Of a stretch of DNA of 64,000 nucleotides, positions 1-11,098 are shown in pieces. How positions within the stretch are numbered: position 1 is the first letter of the stretch; every line of letters starts with the position of its first letter. The stretch covers positions 5,594 to 69,593 of the forward strand of contig CAYXKD010000001.1 in assembly GCA_964464625.1 (NCBI GenBank). The letters are read 5' to 3'. Made by a program: the position numbers and the translations under genes. The notes below the pieces were generated by a model. The model searched no databases. It worked only from the letters and a program-made list of their open reading frames with translations, and had not been told where the DNA came from. The stretch is from an uncultured Syntrophomonadaceae bacterium. GTDB lineage: Bacteria > Bacillota > Dethiobacteria > DTU022.

Positions 1-157
1 CTCCATGAACGGCACCCTTAAGAGCACCGGAACGGATAAAGATGTCATCATCACCGGAGTCAGGGCGGAGAAAAGCATAGCCGCGCCGGTTTCCCTCAAG
101 GGTCCCGTTGATACAGTTACCCCGCCTGGGTAAGGTGTTTTTCTTCTTTTTTCCCAT
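1..157 (-). CDS. rnr: Ribonuclease R, N-terminal fragment; continues beyond the window start
   Basis: Minus-strand ATG at 155-157 gives MGKKKKNTLPRRGNCINGTLEGNRRGYAFLRPDSGDDDIFIRSGALKGAVHG, which resembles an RNase R N-terminus (lysine-rich start, RGFGF-like motif, DDIFI). It lies downstream of secG, as rnr does in other Firmicutes. Confidence 0.55.
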   Translation of the reverse strand, partial: MGKKKKNTLPRRGNCINGTLEGNRRGYAFLRPDSGDDDIFIRSGALKGAVHG

Positions 158-165
158 CAGAACAA

Positions 166-717
166 CTACAACCCCAGATCTGCGGCAATTGACTGCATCG
201 CTTCAAGGCTTAGAGCGATAAACTGCTCCAGGGTGAAGTCTATCTCACGACAGCTTTCGATCTGACCCCGGTCTGCACCACGGGCAAAGCTCTTCTCTTT
301 AAAACGATTCAGCACAAAATCAAGATCAATAGCCGCCAGTTTTTTCTGCGGATGGATCAGAGCTGCGGCAACGAGCAGCCCTGTAACAGGATCGGCGGCA
401 AAAAGTGCTTTATCAAGTAGTGTTTGACGTTCCACCCCGAGCATTTCATTATGTGCTTTGACCGCCTGGATCAGCTCTGCAGACAAGCCTTCCTCCTCCA
501 GCATCCGCGCCCCCAAAAGTCCATGTTGCGCCGGCTGATCCACTGTTTTGTCATAGTCAAGATCATGCAACAAACCGGCTAGCGCCCAGAGATCTTCATC
601 CTGACCCAGTTCTCTGGCCAGACGGCGCATTACCGCTTCCACCGCCAGCATATGTTTGATCAGGTTCTTTGTTTTAACCTCTTTTTTTACCAGGCTTAAA
701 GCCTCTTCACGTTCCAT
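166..717 (-). CDS. HD/HDIG-domain metal-dependent phosphohydrolase
   Basis: An HD motif (LLHDLD) sits in the 194-aa ORF. I moved the start to the internal Met (MEREEALS...), which has GGAGG 8 nt upstream. An extended -10 TGTATAAT lies upstream. Confidence 0.6.
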   Translation of the reverse strand: MEREEALSLVKKEVKTKNLIKHMLAVEAVMRRLARELGQDEDLWALAGLLHDLDYDKTVDQPAQHGLLGARMLEEEGLSAELIQAVKAHNEMLGVERQTLLDKALFAADPVTGLLVAAALIHPQKKLAAIDLDFVLNRFKEKSFARGADRGQIESCREIDFTLEQFIALSLEAMQSIAADLGL

Positions 718-940
718 CTGTTTTTCCTCCAAAATTTTACCATTATACAAACTTGTTTACATTATACCCCTAGCCCTGTAAAAATAAAAGGAGCAGCCAA
801 TACCGCCAGCATGTACGAACCGGGCGGTGCCTGCACCTGTAAGTCGTTAGATCCTGGATAAAGAGACTGGGCTGCTGCCTCGAATTAAATGCAGGGGCAG
901 AGCAATTCCCACCCCCGTCTCAATGCAATATAAAAATCTT

Positions 941-1165
941 TTACTGCAGAATTGTCAACACAATTGTAAAAAGCATGAATGCAATAGCCAGCCCTGTCGT
1001 TACCCGGGCGAGGATGTCATCGAGGCCTTTTTTCTTACCGAAAAGACTTTGTGCGCCTCCTTCAATTACTCCCAGACTGGCACTGCGTCCCGATTGCAGC
1101 AAAACAGATACAATCAAGCCGATACAGATTATCATGTAAAGCGCAATCAATATATTCATCAGCAT
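941..1165 (-). CDS. secG: Preprotein translocase subunit SecG
   Basis: A 74-aa two-TM protein with the SecG-type central loop (LLQSGRSASLGVIEGGAQSLFGKKKG). Confidence 0.8.
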   Translation of the reverse strand: MLMNILIALYMIICIGLIVSVLLQSGRSASLGVIEGGAQSLFGKKKGLDDILARVTTGLAIAFMLFTIVLTILQ

Positions 1166-1244
1166 ACATTTGCCACCCCCGCTCCAAGGCTAACGCAGAC
1201 TTATTCTACCACAAAAGATGAACCCCGGCAAACCGGGTTTTCTT

Positions 1245-2633
<1,389 letters not shown>

Positions 2634-2663
2634 TTAAATACTACTCTAAAAAAATCCTGTACT

Positions 2664-4199
2664 TTATTTCTTTGCGATGAGGCTCCGCCCCGTCATCTCC
2701 GGCGGCTGGGGAAGACCCGAAAGCTCCAGGATAGTTGGGGCAATATCAGCAAGGCATCCATCCCTGCGAAGCTTTGACTGGCCGCATCCAAGTATAATGC
2801 ATGGAACGGGGTTTGCAGTATGAGCAGTGTGCGGTCCGCCTGCAGCGTCGATCATTTTCTCTGCATTGCCGTGATCGCCGCAGACAATCACCCGCCATCC
2901 CTGCTTCAGTGCAGCCTCTGCAATTAAACCGAGTTGCCCGTCTACCGCCTCAACCCCCTTCACCGCTGCCTCAAAAATGCCGGTATGTCCTACCATGTCC
3001 GCATTGGCAAAGTTAACCACCATCAGGCGGTGGCGATTTTCAGTGATCGCCCGCACAGCCGCCTCTGCCACACCGGCAGCGCTCATTTCAGGCTGCAAAT
3101 CATAGGTGGCCACCTTTGGAGAGGGAATCAACAAACGCTCTTCTCCCGGAAATGCTTTTTCGCTCCCTCCATTAAAAAAGAACGTGACATGAGCATATTT
3201 TTCAGTCTCCCCAATACGCAGCTGTTTACAGCCGGTATCTCCGTAGAGCTGACCCAGAGTTTTTTCCAGGTATTCGGGCGGAAAAGCCACAGGCAAAGGA
3301 AGACTACGCTCATATTCAGTCATGGTCACACAATAGGGCTGCGGAGACGCCGGGCCGCGATCGAAAAATATAAATTCATCGTCAGTCAGGGCATGGCTGA
3401 TCTGGCGGACCCGGTCCGGGCGGAAATTGAAAAGGATAATACTGTCATTTTCCTGCACTTTGCCCGGCGGAATCCCATCAGGACCGGTGAAGACCAGGGG
3501 CTGGACAAATTCGTCAGTTTCGCCCCGGTTGTATGCCTCCTCAAGAGCCTGTAGAGGATGGATGAATTGATGACCTTCCCCATAAATATAAGCGCGGTAG
3601 GCTTTTTCTGTACGATCCCAGCGTCTGTCCCGGTCCATGGCATAGTAACGTCCGCAAATGGTGGCAATGAAGCCTTTGCGACATTTCATACTGCGTTCAT
3701 GAAACCGCTCGATATAGGGCCGGGCTGAAGCGGGCGGCGTATCTCTTCCATCAAGAATGGCATGGATAAAAACACGTTCCACCTGCTGCTGCTCCGCCAT
3801 TTCCAGAAGGGCGTAAAGGTGATCGGTATGGCTGTGCACTCCTCCGTCGGAGAGCAATCCCATGAGATGGACACTGCTACTGTGTTGATGTGACCTCTGC
3901 ATCGCCTTCAGCAAAACGGGGTTTTTAAAGAAAACTCCCTCGTCGATAGCATGAGAAATTCTGGTAAGATCCTGGTAGACAGTTCGGCCGGCTCCCAGGT
4001 TAAGGTGTCCCACCTCGGAGTTGCCCATCTGCCCGGCAGGAAGCCCCACCGCCTCTCCGGCAGCATCGAGAAGACAGCAGGGATAGTTTTCAGTCAGATA
4101 ATCCATCCGCGGGGTGTGAGCCTTCAGGATGGCGTTCCCGGTAATATCGCTGCAATGCCCCCAGCCGTCGAGGATTACCAGGGCAACCGGCTTCAGCAA
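2664..4199 (-). CDS. gpmI: 2,3-bisphosphoglycerate-independent phosphoglycerate mutase
   Basis: 511 aa with the iPGM N-terminus (VALVILDGWG) and a metalloenzyme C-domain. Confidence 0.95.
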   Translation of the reverse strand: MLKPVALVILDGWGHCSDITGNAILKAHTPRMDYLTENYPCCLLDAAGEAVGLPAGQMGNSEVGHLNLGAGRTVYQDLTRISHAIDEGVFFKNPVLLKAMQRSHQHSSSVHLMGLLSDGGVHSHTDHLYALLEMAEQQQVERVFIHAILDGRDTPPASARPYIERFHERSMKCRKGFIATICGRYYAMDRDRRWDRTEKAYRAYIYGEGHQFIHPLQALEEAYNRGETDEFVQPLVFTGPDGIPPGKVQENDSIILFNFRPDRVRQISHALTDDEFIFFDRGPASPQPYCVTMTEYERSLPLPVAFPPEYLEKTLGQLYGDTGCKQLRIGETEKYAHVTFFFNGGSEKAFPGEERLLIPSPKVATYDLQPEMSAAGVAEAAVRAITENRHRLMVVNFANADMVGHTGIFEAAVKGVEAVDGQLGLIAEAALKQGWRVIVCGDHGNAEKMIDAAGGPHTAHTANPVPCIILGCGQSKLRRDGCLADIAPTILELSGLPQPPEMTGRSLIAKK

Positions 4200-4960
4200 C
4201 CTGCCGCCTCCTTCGCTGCAATGATGAGTGCAGTAAAAGAATCAACATCTAGACTGGCACCGCCGACAAGCGCTCCGTTGACAGGTTCGAGAGAAGTAAA
4301 GCTGCTGATATTACCGGCATTGACGCTGCCTCCATATTGTACCCGCAGGGTGGCAGCAACTTCATGATCCAAAACACTCTCCACAACCTGCCGTGCCCGA
4401 TCTGCAGCAGCAACCGCATCATCGGGTGAAGCCGCCCTTCCCGTCCCGATTGCCCAGACAGGCTCATAGGCCACTACCAGATCCTTAAGAGCCCCCGGTT
4501 CGAACCCTTCCAAAGCTGAACGGAGCTGTCGCTCGAGAACTGCGCCGGTTTCACCCCGGTTGCGCTGCTCTTCCTTTTCTCCGATACAGAGCAGCGGCGT
4601 AAAATTGTGGTCCAATGCTGCCTCTAGTTTTTTACGGACAACGTTATCATCTTCGCCAAGGATATGGCGCCGTTCGGAATGGCCGATGATAACGTGGGTA
4701 ACCCCAAATTCTTTCAACATTGGCGGAGCGATCTCACCGGTAAAAGCACCTTTCGGCTCCCAAAACAAGTCCTGAGCACCCAGTTTGATACTGCTGCCCT
4801 CGAGTACAGCTGCAGCAGCGGCCAGCGCAGTAAAAGGAGGACAGATCAGGAGCTCAACTCCCTGAAACTTTTTTTCCCTTTTCCTTAATTCGCTGCAGAA
4901 GTCCGCTGTCTCCGCAGCTGTCTTGTGCATCTTCCAATTTGCAGCAATAATTAACCTCAT
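4193..4960 (-). CDS. tpiA: Triosephosphate isomerase
   Basis: AANWKMHKT start and AYEPVWAIGTG catalytic motif. Overlaps the gpmI start by 7 nt. Confidence 0.95.
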   Translation of the reverse strand: MRLIIAANWKMHKTAAETADFCSELRKREKKFQGVELLICPPFTALAAAAAVLEGSSIKLGAQDLFWEPKGAFTGEIAPPMLKEFGVTHVIIGHSERRHILGEDDNVVRKKLEAALDHNFTPLLCIGEKEEQRNRGETGAVLERQLRSALEGFEPGALKDLVVAYEPVWAIGTGRAASPDDAVAAADRARQVVESVLDHEVAATLRVQYGGSVNAGNISSFTSLEPVNGALVGGASLDVDSFTALIIAAKEAAGC

Positions 4961-5011
4961 AAATGTATCCCTCCATTCTGTTATGATTTCAGGCAGTACC
5001 CCGGAGAAATT

Positions 5012-6190
5012 TTACCTCTCTTGCAAAACAGCAATCCCTGGAAGCTTTTTCCCCTCCCAGAATTCCAGAGTCGCTCCCCCCCCTGTAGAGATGAAGCTGA
5101 TCTCTTCCGACAGACCGAAACTCTCGATAGCAGCCACGATATCCCCACCTCCAACAATGGAGAAGGCTCTGCTTCTAGCCACAGCGCGGGCCACTGTCTC
5201 GGTACCGCGGTGGAAAGGTGCTGTTTCAAAAACCCCCAGCGGACCATTCCAGATGATTGTCCCTGCTGACGCAACTGTTTCTTCGAATAACGCCGCTGTC
5301 TCAGGTCCGATATCAACTGCTTTCCAGCCCTCCTCTACATTTCCGACAGGGACAATATTGAAGTCACTCTGCGGTTTTAACTCCCGGGTGACCGTTAGAT
5401 CCACAGGCAGATGCAGGCAACAGCGGCTTTTTTCGCCCGCCTCGATGATTTTTCTGGCCTCATCTACCAGGCCCTCCTCGAAAAAAGAATTCCCCATGGG
5501 ATAATTCATGGCCATAAGAAAAGTGTTGGCCATGCCACCACCTATAAGAAGCGTATCCGTGAGCTCCAGGAAGCGGTGGATTACATTAAGTTTATCAGAA
5601 ACTTTGGCTCCTCCCAGAATAGCCACCAGGGGCCGGGCCGGCTGTTTGATGCATCTTGACAGAAGATCGATTTCCTTAATCATTAAAAGGCCCGCCACGG
5701 CGGGGATATACTCAGCCACCCCTGCGGTGGAGGCATGCGCCCGGTGTACTGTTCCAAAAGCGTCGTTTACAAAAAGATCTGCCACCTTTGCCAGCTCCCG
5801 GGCAAAAGCGGGATCGTTTTTTTCTTCGCCCGGCTCAAAACGAACATTCTCCAGCAGCAAGACTTCGCCATCGACAAGCTCATCCGCCGCTTTCTGCACT
5901 GCCGGACCGACAACCTGATCCAATTTGAGCACAGCCCGCCCCAGCAGTTCGGATAGGCGGGCGGCCAGAGGATCAAGACGCAGTTCAGGACGGAATTCTC
6001 CGCCTGGACGACCCAGGTGAGAGAGCAGAATCAGTCGTGCTCCCCTATGCAACAAACTGGTAATCGTCGGCAAGGTAGCGCGGATCCGCGTATCATCCTT
6101 CACCCGGCTCCCTTCCAGAGGCACATTGAAATCAACCCTTAAAAGCACTTTTTTCCCTTTCACCTCAACATCGGCCACGCTTAGTTTCAA
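5012..6190 (-). CDS. pgk: Phosphoglycerate kinase
   Basis: 392 aa with VLLRVDFNVP and GGGASLE-like motifs. TTG start after GGAGGG. An extended -10 TGGTAGAAT lies upstream. Confidence 0.95.
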   Translation of the reverse strand: MKLSVADVEVKGKKVLLRVDFNVPLEGSRVKDDTRIRATLPTITSLLHRGARLILLSHLGRPGGEFRPELRLDPLAARLSELLGRAVLKLDQVVGPAVQKAADELVDGEVLLLENVRFEPGEEKNDPAFARELAKVADLFVNDAFGTVHRAHASTAGVAEYIPAVAGLLMIKEIDLLSRCIKQPARPLVAILGGAKVSDKLNVIHRFLELTDTLLIGGGMANTFLMAMNYPMGNSFFEEGLVDEARKIIEAGEKSRCCLHLPVDLTVTRELKPQSDFNIVPVGNVEEGWKAVDIGPETAALFEETVASAGTIIWNGPLGVFETAPFHRGTETVARAVARSRAFSIVGGGDIVAAIESFGLSEEISFISTGGGATLEFWEGKKLPGIAVLQER

Positions 6191-6491
6191 TTACCCTCCA
6201 CCTTCCCTGGCAAATATTCTCCGGCAATCATTATTCTACCACAAATGCAGCTTTTAAACGCAGATTAGGGAAATCTTTACAAAACGGGATTGCAGGGGCT
6301 GCTACTCAGCATGACTGCACATGGCTGGTTGCCTTCATGAAAATAACAGGGAGCAAAGATTGGGCTCAATGGCATGATGTTTCGCATAATCGAGAAATGT
6401 TTCGCAAGCAGGCTGCTGGAACTGGGGGATTAGAAACCGGGGAAACCTGTATATTCAGGCACCTTTTTCTGCAGTTAATAAACTCCAAACT

Positions 6492-7907
6492 CTAATGTCG
6501 TCGACGGCGATAAGAAGCAGGTATAGACAATTCTTCGCGGTATTTGGCAACAGTGCGGCGGGATATAACGATCCCATTCTCCTCAAGCATCACCGTCAGC
6601 TGCTGGTCACTAAAGGGGCTTTGAGGATCCTCCTCATCGATAAACTCTTGCAGGTAACTTTTAATGCTGTGTGAAGAAAAATCTTCGCCTCCTTCACCGG
6701 TCAATCCGCTGGAGAAGAAAAATTTCAAGGGGAAAAGACCACGGGGTGTCTGCATATACTTGTTCGCAGTGGCGCGGCTTACCGTTGATTCGTGGACTCC
6801 CACGGCAGCGGCAACATCTTTCAAGGTCAGCGGTTTAAGCTGCTTTATCCCCTGCTCCAAAAAGGGCTGCTGAATCTCGACAATCTGCTGCGCCACACGG
6901 TAAAGAGTAAGGCGCCTCTGTTCGATGCTGCGCAAAAGCCAGGTGGCTTTTTCAAGCCTGTTTTTGATGAAAGCCGATAGCCTTTCATCACTGCCTCCAT
7001 TCTGAACCAGCTTTTGATAAAAAGGACTGATCATCAGCCGGGGAACAATCTGGTCGTTCATCACGATCTCAAATTTATTGCCAACCCTTTCCACATTTAT
7101 ATCAGGCACAATATAGCGAGTTTCCAAAGCACCGCTAAAAATGGAACCGGGTTTGGGGTTCAGTGTGCGGATATAATCAACAGCATCTTGAACTTCCTTT
7201 ATTTCGCATCCGAGCCGGGCTGCGATCTGGCGATAGCGGACATCGGCTGCTGCAGAAAGATATTGTTCAACAATTTTAACCGCCAGCGGAGGAGGATTTT
7301 CCCTGGTGTGAAGCTGCAGCAGCAGGCATTCCTGGAGATTGCGGGAAGCAATCCCCGTAGGCTCAAGATCCTGCACGATCCGGAGTGCCGTCTCCATCTC
7401 ATTCAACATCACCCCGAGAGCATCAGCCAGCTCACCCAGATCGCTGCTCAGGTAACCATTTGGATCAAGGTTCCCGATAATGTAGGCGGCAATGCTGTAG
7501 AGGCGCGGTGAAAGACGCACCAAACGCAATTGTCCAAGCAACTCTTCCATCATTGTACGCGAACTGTCTGCATAGTTGTCAACAGTGGGAATTTCGCTCC
7601 AGTCCCTGCCGGCAGGATTGGGAATGTATCCTGCTGTATCGAGATCTTTATCCCGAAAATATTCCTCCCAGGGGAAATCATCTTCCCCGGGTTCATCAGA
7701 AAGTGAATCATCGGCAGGCTCTTCTTCGCCAGCCTGTTCACTTTCGCTTTCACCAAGTTCCAGTACTGGATTGCTCAGGAGCTCCTCCTGAATATAGTCG
7801 TGCAGCTCCATAGCGGAATACTGCAGAAGGGTGATGGCCAGTTTCAACTCCGGCGTAATGATCAACTTCTGGGTTTGTTCAATTTTTAGTTGATAATCCA
7901 GCTTCAT
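6492..7907 (-). CDS. rpoN: RNA polymerase sigma-54 factor
   Basis: MKLDYQLKIEQTQKLIITPELK N-terminus and a C-terminal RpoN box (ARRTVAKYRE). Start set at the MKLDY Met. Confidence 0.9.
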   Translation of the reverse strand: MKLDYQLKIEQTQKLIITPELKLAITLLQYSAMELHDYIQEELLSNPVLELGESESEQAGEEEPADDSLSDEPGEDDFPWEEYFRDKDLDTAGYIPNPAGRDWSEIPTVDNYADSSRTMMEELLGQLRLVRLSPRLYSIAAYIIGNLDPNGYLSSDLGELADALGVMLNEMETALRIVQDLEPTGIASRNLQECLLLQLHTRENPPPLAVKIVEQYLSAAADVRYRQIAARLGCEIKEVQDAVDYIRTLNPKPGSIFSGALETRYIVPDINVERVGNKFEIVMNDQIVPRLMISPFYQKLVQNGGSDERLSAFIKNRLEKATWLLRSIEQRRLTLYRVAQQIVEIQQPFLEQGIKQLKPLTLKDVAAAVGVHESTVSRATANKYMQTPRGLFPLKFFFSSGLTGEGGEDFSSHSIKSYLQEFIDEEDPQSPFSDQQLTVMLEENGIVISRRTVAKYREELSIPASYRRRRH

Positions 7908-8014
7908 CGCTGTCACATCCCGGTACATATTTCGACAAATACTCGAAACATTCCTGCTTCAGACGCTTTGGCACCGCTCTCTCTGACAGCAATCGCTCCC
8001 ATCCCAACAGTAAT

Positions 8015-8980
8015 TCATGTTTTTTCTGAAGATAATATTTTTTGTGTATGAACGATATCCCGATCAATCATGGCTAGTTTCCTGAAACGATGATTCACCG
8101 CCGACTTGCTCAAAGGGGGATCAAACATCCGGCCCAGCTCCCGCAGTGAAGCTTCAGGATACCGCCGCCGCATTACCGCAGCTGCTCGCAACGCAGGGGT
8201 AAGAGCCGAGAGGCCAATGTTTTGTTCCACACGATCGATCAGGGCCAGCTGCTGCTGGACTGAAGCAACAACCTTTTCCAAATTAGCTGTTTCGCAATTC
8301 ACCAGGCGGTTAACCTGACTGCGCATACTCCGAATTACCCGGGCGCTTTCCAGCCGTAGAAGAGCGCTGTCCGCTCCTATAACCCGCAGAAAATCGGCAA
8401 TCGCTTCAGAACTTTTTTGATAGAGATAATAGTTGCCCCGCCGCTGCCTGATAGAAGCCCGGATATTAAATTTATCCAGGCAACTGAGCAAAACAAGAGC
8501 AGCTTCCCGCGAACCGCAACTGATTTCAAGATGATAGCCTGACCTGGCAGGAGCGCTGAGCGATCCCCCCGCCAGGAAGGCCCCCCTGAGAAAAGAACGG
8601 CGGCAACAACGCAGCGGAGGAACCCGGGGCGAAACCCTGATAAGCTGGTTCATTACCAGGCTGTTATTGAAACCAAGTTTCTGCAAAAGAGACATGATTC
8701 TTTTTCTCCCGGTAACCTGCACCAGATAGTATTCTCTTTTCAGGCGGAGCTCTTGTTTCTTAAGTACCTCTGCAGATCCTGCACCGGCTGCTTTAAAGAG
8801 GCTAAAGAGATGGCGGGCCTGACCCATATGTTCCACCTCAATACTTAAAATATATTCGGAACAGCAAATGGTTAAATAACCCCTTAGAAGCAGCAGGGCG
8901 GTCAATTCAGCATCACCGCAGCAGCGCCCGACCCGTTCATGACGGACCAGTTCCTGTTTGACCTGCCGGGTAAAAGACAT
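8015..8980 (-). CDS. whiA: DNA-binding sporulation/cell-division regulator WhiA
   Basis: MSFTRQVKQEL N-terminus typical of WhiA, about 320 aa, with a C-terminal HTH. Confidence 0.85.
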   Translation of the reverse strand: MSFTRQVKQELVRHERVGRCCGDAELTALLLLRGYLTICCSEYILSIEVEHMGQARHLFSLFKAAGAGSAEVLKKQELRLKREYYLVQVTGRKRIMSLLQKLGFNNSLVMNQLIRVSPRVPPLRCCRRSFLRGAFLAGGSLSAPARSGYHLEISCGSREAALVLLSCLDKFNIRASIRQRRGNYYLYQKSSEAIADFLRVIGADSALLRLESARVIRSMRSQVNRLVNCETANLEKVVASVQQQLALIDRVEQNIGLSALTPALRAAAVMRRRYPEASLRELGRMFDPPLSKSAVNHRFRKLAMIDRDIVHTQKILSSEKT

Positions 8981-9050
8981 GATCAAACCCTCCTTACAAC
9001 GGACCTGCTAAATCGGTACAATATATTTCGAAACAAAGCAGGTGGCGGTA

Positions 9051-9926
9051 CTAGACTTTGTCCATATCTCTGTGCTCAACGCGAATACGGAAGCGATCAC
9101 CCAGGAGACGGCCCAGTTCAGCAGCCAGGGCTACGGAACGATGCCTCCCTCCCGTACAACCCAAAGCCACCACCAACTGGGCTTTTCCTTCACGAATATA
9201 GTAGGGTATGGAAAATTCCAGGAGATCCTGGACCTTCTGGATATATTTATGCGTAACCATCCAGCGCCAGAGATAATCCTTGACCCGGGAATCTTCACCG
9301 CTCAAAGAACGGAGATGATCAACATAATGCGGGTTCGGTAGAAAGCGCACATCAAAAACCAGATCGGCATCAAGAGGCAGGCCGTATTTGAAACCGAAGC
9401 TGACCAGCATAACAGGCATGCTTTTTTCTCTCTGTCCCGGTTCATAAAGCTCATAAATTTTCTTTTTCAGGTCCCTCGGTGAGAGCGGGGATGTATCGAT
9501 GATCTTATCTGCTTTGCCTCTTAACTCGCTTAAAGCAATCCTTTCAGACTGTATCGCTTCAAGCAGACCCATATTGGAAAGAGGATGGCGACGTCTAGTC
9601 TCTTTGTAACGCCGCAGTAAAACCTCATCACTGGCCTCAAAAAAGAGAATCTCGTGGTCTACCTTGTTCTCCTCCAGCTCCTGAAGAGCCTCAAAAAGAT
9701 GATCAAAAAAAGCACCTCCACGCATGTCACAGACCAGGGCCACCTTGTTTGTCTTCCCCTCCGACTGGAGACAAAGTTCAGCAAATTTAGGGATAAATGT
9801 GGGCGGTAAATTATCTACGCAGAAGAAGCCCAGGTCTTCAAAACAGTTTATAGCATGACTTTTACCGGCTCCGGAAAGCCCGGTAATTAAGACAATCTGA
9901 ATGGTATTTTCCCTGACCACTTTCAT
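9051..9926 (-). CDS. rapZ: RNase adapter protein RapZ (YvcJ)
   Basis: P-loop LITGLSGAGKS. Matches the RapZ/YvcJ family in length and position upstream of whiA. Confidence 0.85.
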   Translation of the reverse strand: MKVVRENTIQIVLITGLSGAGKSHAINCFEDLGFFCVDNLPPTFIPKFAELCLQSEGKTNKVALVCDMRGGAFFDHLFEALQELEENKVDHEILFFEASDEVLLRRYKETRRRHPLSNMGLLEAIQSERIALSELRGKADKIIDTSPLSPRDLKKKIYELYEPGQREKSMPVMLVSFGFKYGLPLDADLVFDVRFLPNPHYVDHLRSLSGEDSRVKDYLWRWMVTHKYIQKVQDLLEFSIPYYIREGKAQLVVALGCTGGRHRSVALAAELGRLLGDRFRIRVEHRDMDKV

Positions 9927-10742
9927 TCACCTGCCAAGAACATACTTTTCTATTATCCTGGCGACCCCATCTTCATTATTAGATGCGGTAATCACGTCGG
10001 CAACAGCCAGCACTTCCGGTAAGGCATTGGCCATCGCTACTCCCAACCCGGCATATTCAATCATGTCCAGATCGTTGTGGCTGTCGCCGAAGGAGATAAT
10101 CTCTTCGCGACGGATTTTAAATTTATCGGCAATCCTTCGCAACGCCTGCCCCTTGGTAGCCTTTAAATCCGTAAATTCGAGGAAAAATGGATAAGGTATA
10201 AGCATAGTAAATTCCTCGGGGTAACTGGAGTTAAGAGCTGCCTGAATATCCGCAAAATCCCCTTCCCAGTTGAAAACAGTTATCTTTGTAGGATTCGCGT
10301 CCTGCTGTTCCAGAAAAATGTCGAGGCGGCCGACAGCCTCTACTGCAACATCGTAGTTCTGGCGATAATAAGCAGTAAAACGATTTTCCCTGTTAATATA
10401 AACCCCTTCATCTATGTATGCACAAATTTCCTCGCCCTTTTCTTCAGCCACCCTTGCTATAGCTACAGCATAATCCTTTTCCAAGGGACGATGGTAAAGG
10501 ATCATGCCTTGTTCGGTGGTCTTGATCAAGGCGCCCTGGTAGCTGATCACGGGCCAGTCGGTATTCAGATCAAGTTCTTTTACAAAGGGAATGGCAGTGC
10601 TATACATCCGGCCAGTGGAAATAGCAATGATCACACCCCTTTTAACCGCCTCCCTGATAGCCTGTTTGTTTCGCGGAGATATTTTTGAGTTGTCATCAAG
10701 AAGGGTCTTATCTAAGTCTATAGCCAGCAACCGGTAAGACAT
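9927..10742 (-). CDS. Cof-type HAD-IIB family hydrolase
   Basis: LLAIDLDKTLL motif I and GDSHNDLDM motif. Start trimmed to MSYRLL. Confidence 0.75.
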   Translation of the reverse strand: MSYRLLAIDLDKTLLDDNSKISPRNKQAIREAVKRGVIIAISTGRMYSTAIPFVKELDLNTDWPVISYQGALIKTTEQGMILYHRPLEKDYAVAIARVAEEKGEEICAYIDEGVYINRENRFTAYYRQNYDVAVEAVGRLDIFLEQQDANPTKITVFNWEGDFADIQAALNSSYPEEFTMLIPYPFFLEFTDLKATKGQALRRIADKFKIRREEIISFGDSHNDLDMIEYAGLGVAMANALPEVLAVADVITASNNEDGVARIIEKYVLGR

Positions 10743-10887
10743 AGGCTCCTCCCTTATCAATATGCTAAATATATTATAACATAAGCCTAAACTGGCAAAG
10801 CGATCTTTAGTAGTGGCTATGGCTAAACAACTCCATAAAAGCATAACCCACGGGGCCTGACTTTTACAGTTAGAGAAGGGTCAAAAC

Positions 10888-10920
10888 CCCGAGCCGTTGA
10901 AGACACGGGGTTTTGCCGTT
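10888..10920 (-). terminator. GC-rich hairpin (AAAACCCCG...CGGGGTTTT) downstream of uvrC
   Basis: Perfect 9-bp stem with a 13-nt loop. The U-tract is partly inside the stem. It could act as a terminator on either strand. Confidence 0.4.
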
Positions 10921-11098
10921 CCACGTGCAAAATATTTTGTTATGCTATGGTATAGCTTTAAGCAGACATTTGTTGACGGCTCGTGCTTAAGCAGATATTG
11001 CGGTAATCTGTGTCACGGGTCTTTTATAACATGAGGATCCCCGGGGTCTTTGGTAAACTGTGAAACGGCGTCGATTCCCACTCCCAACCCCTCGCCTT

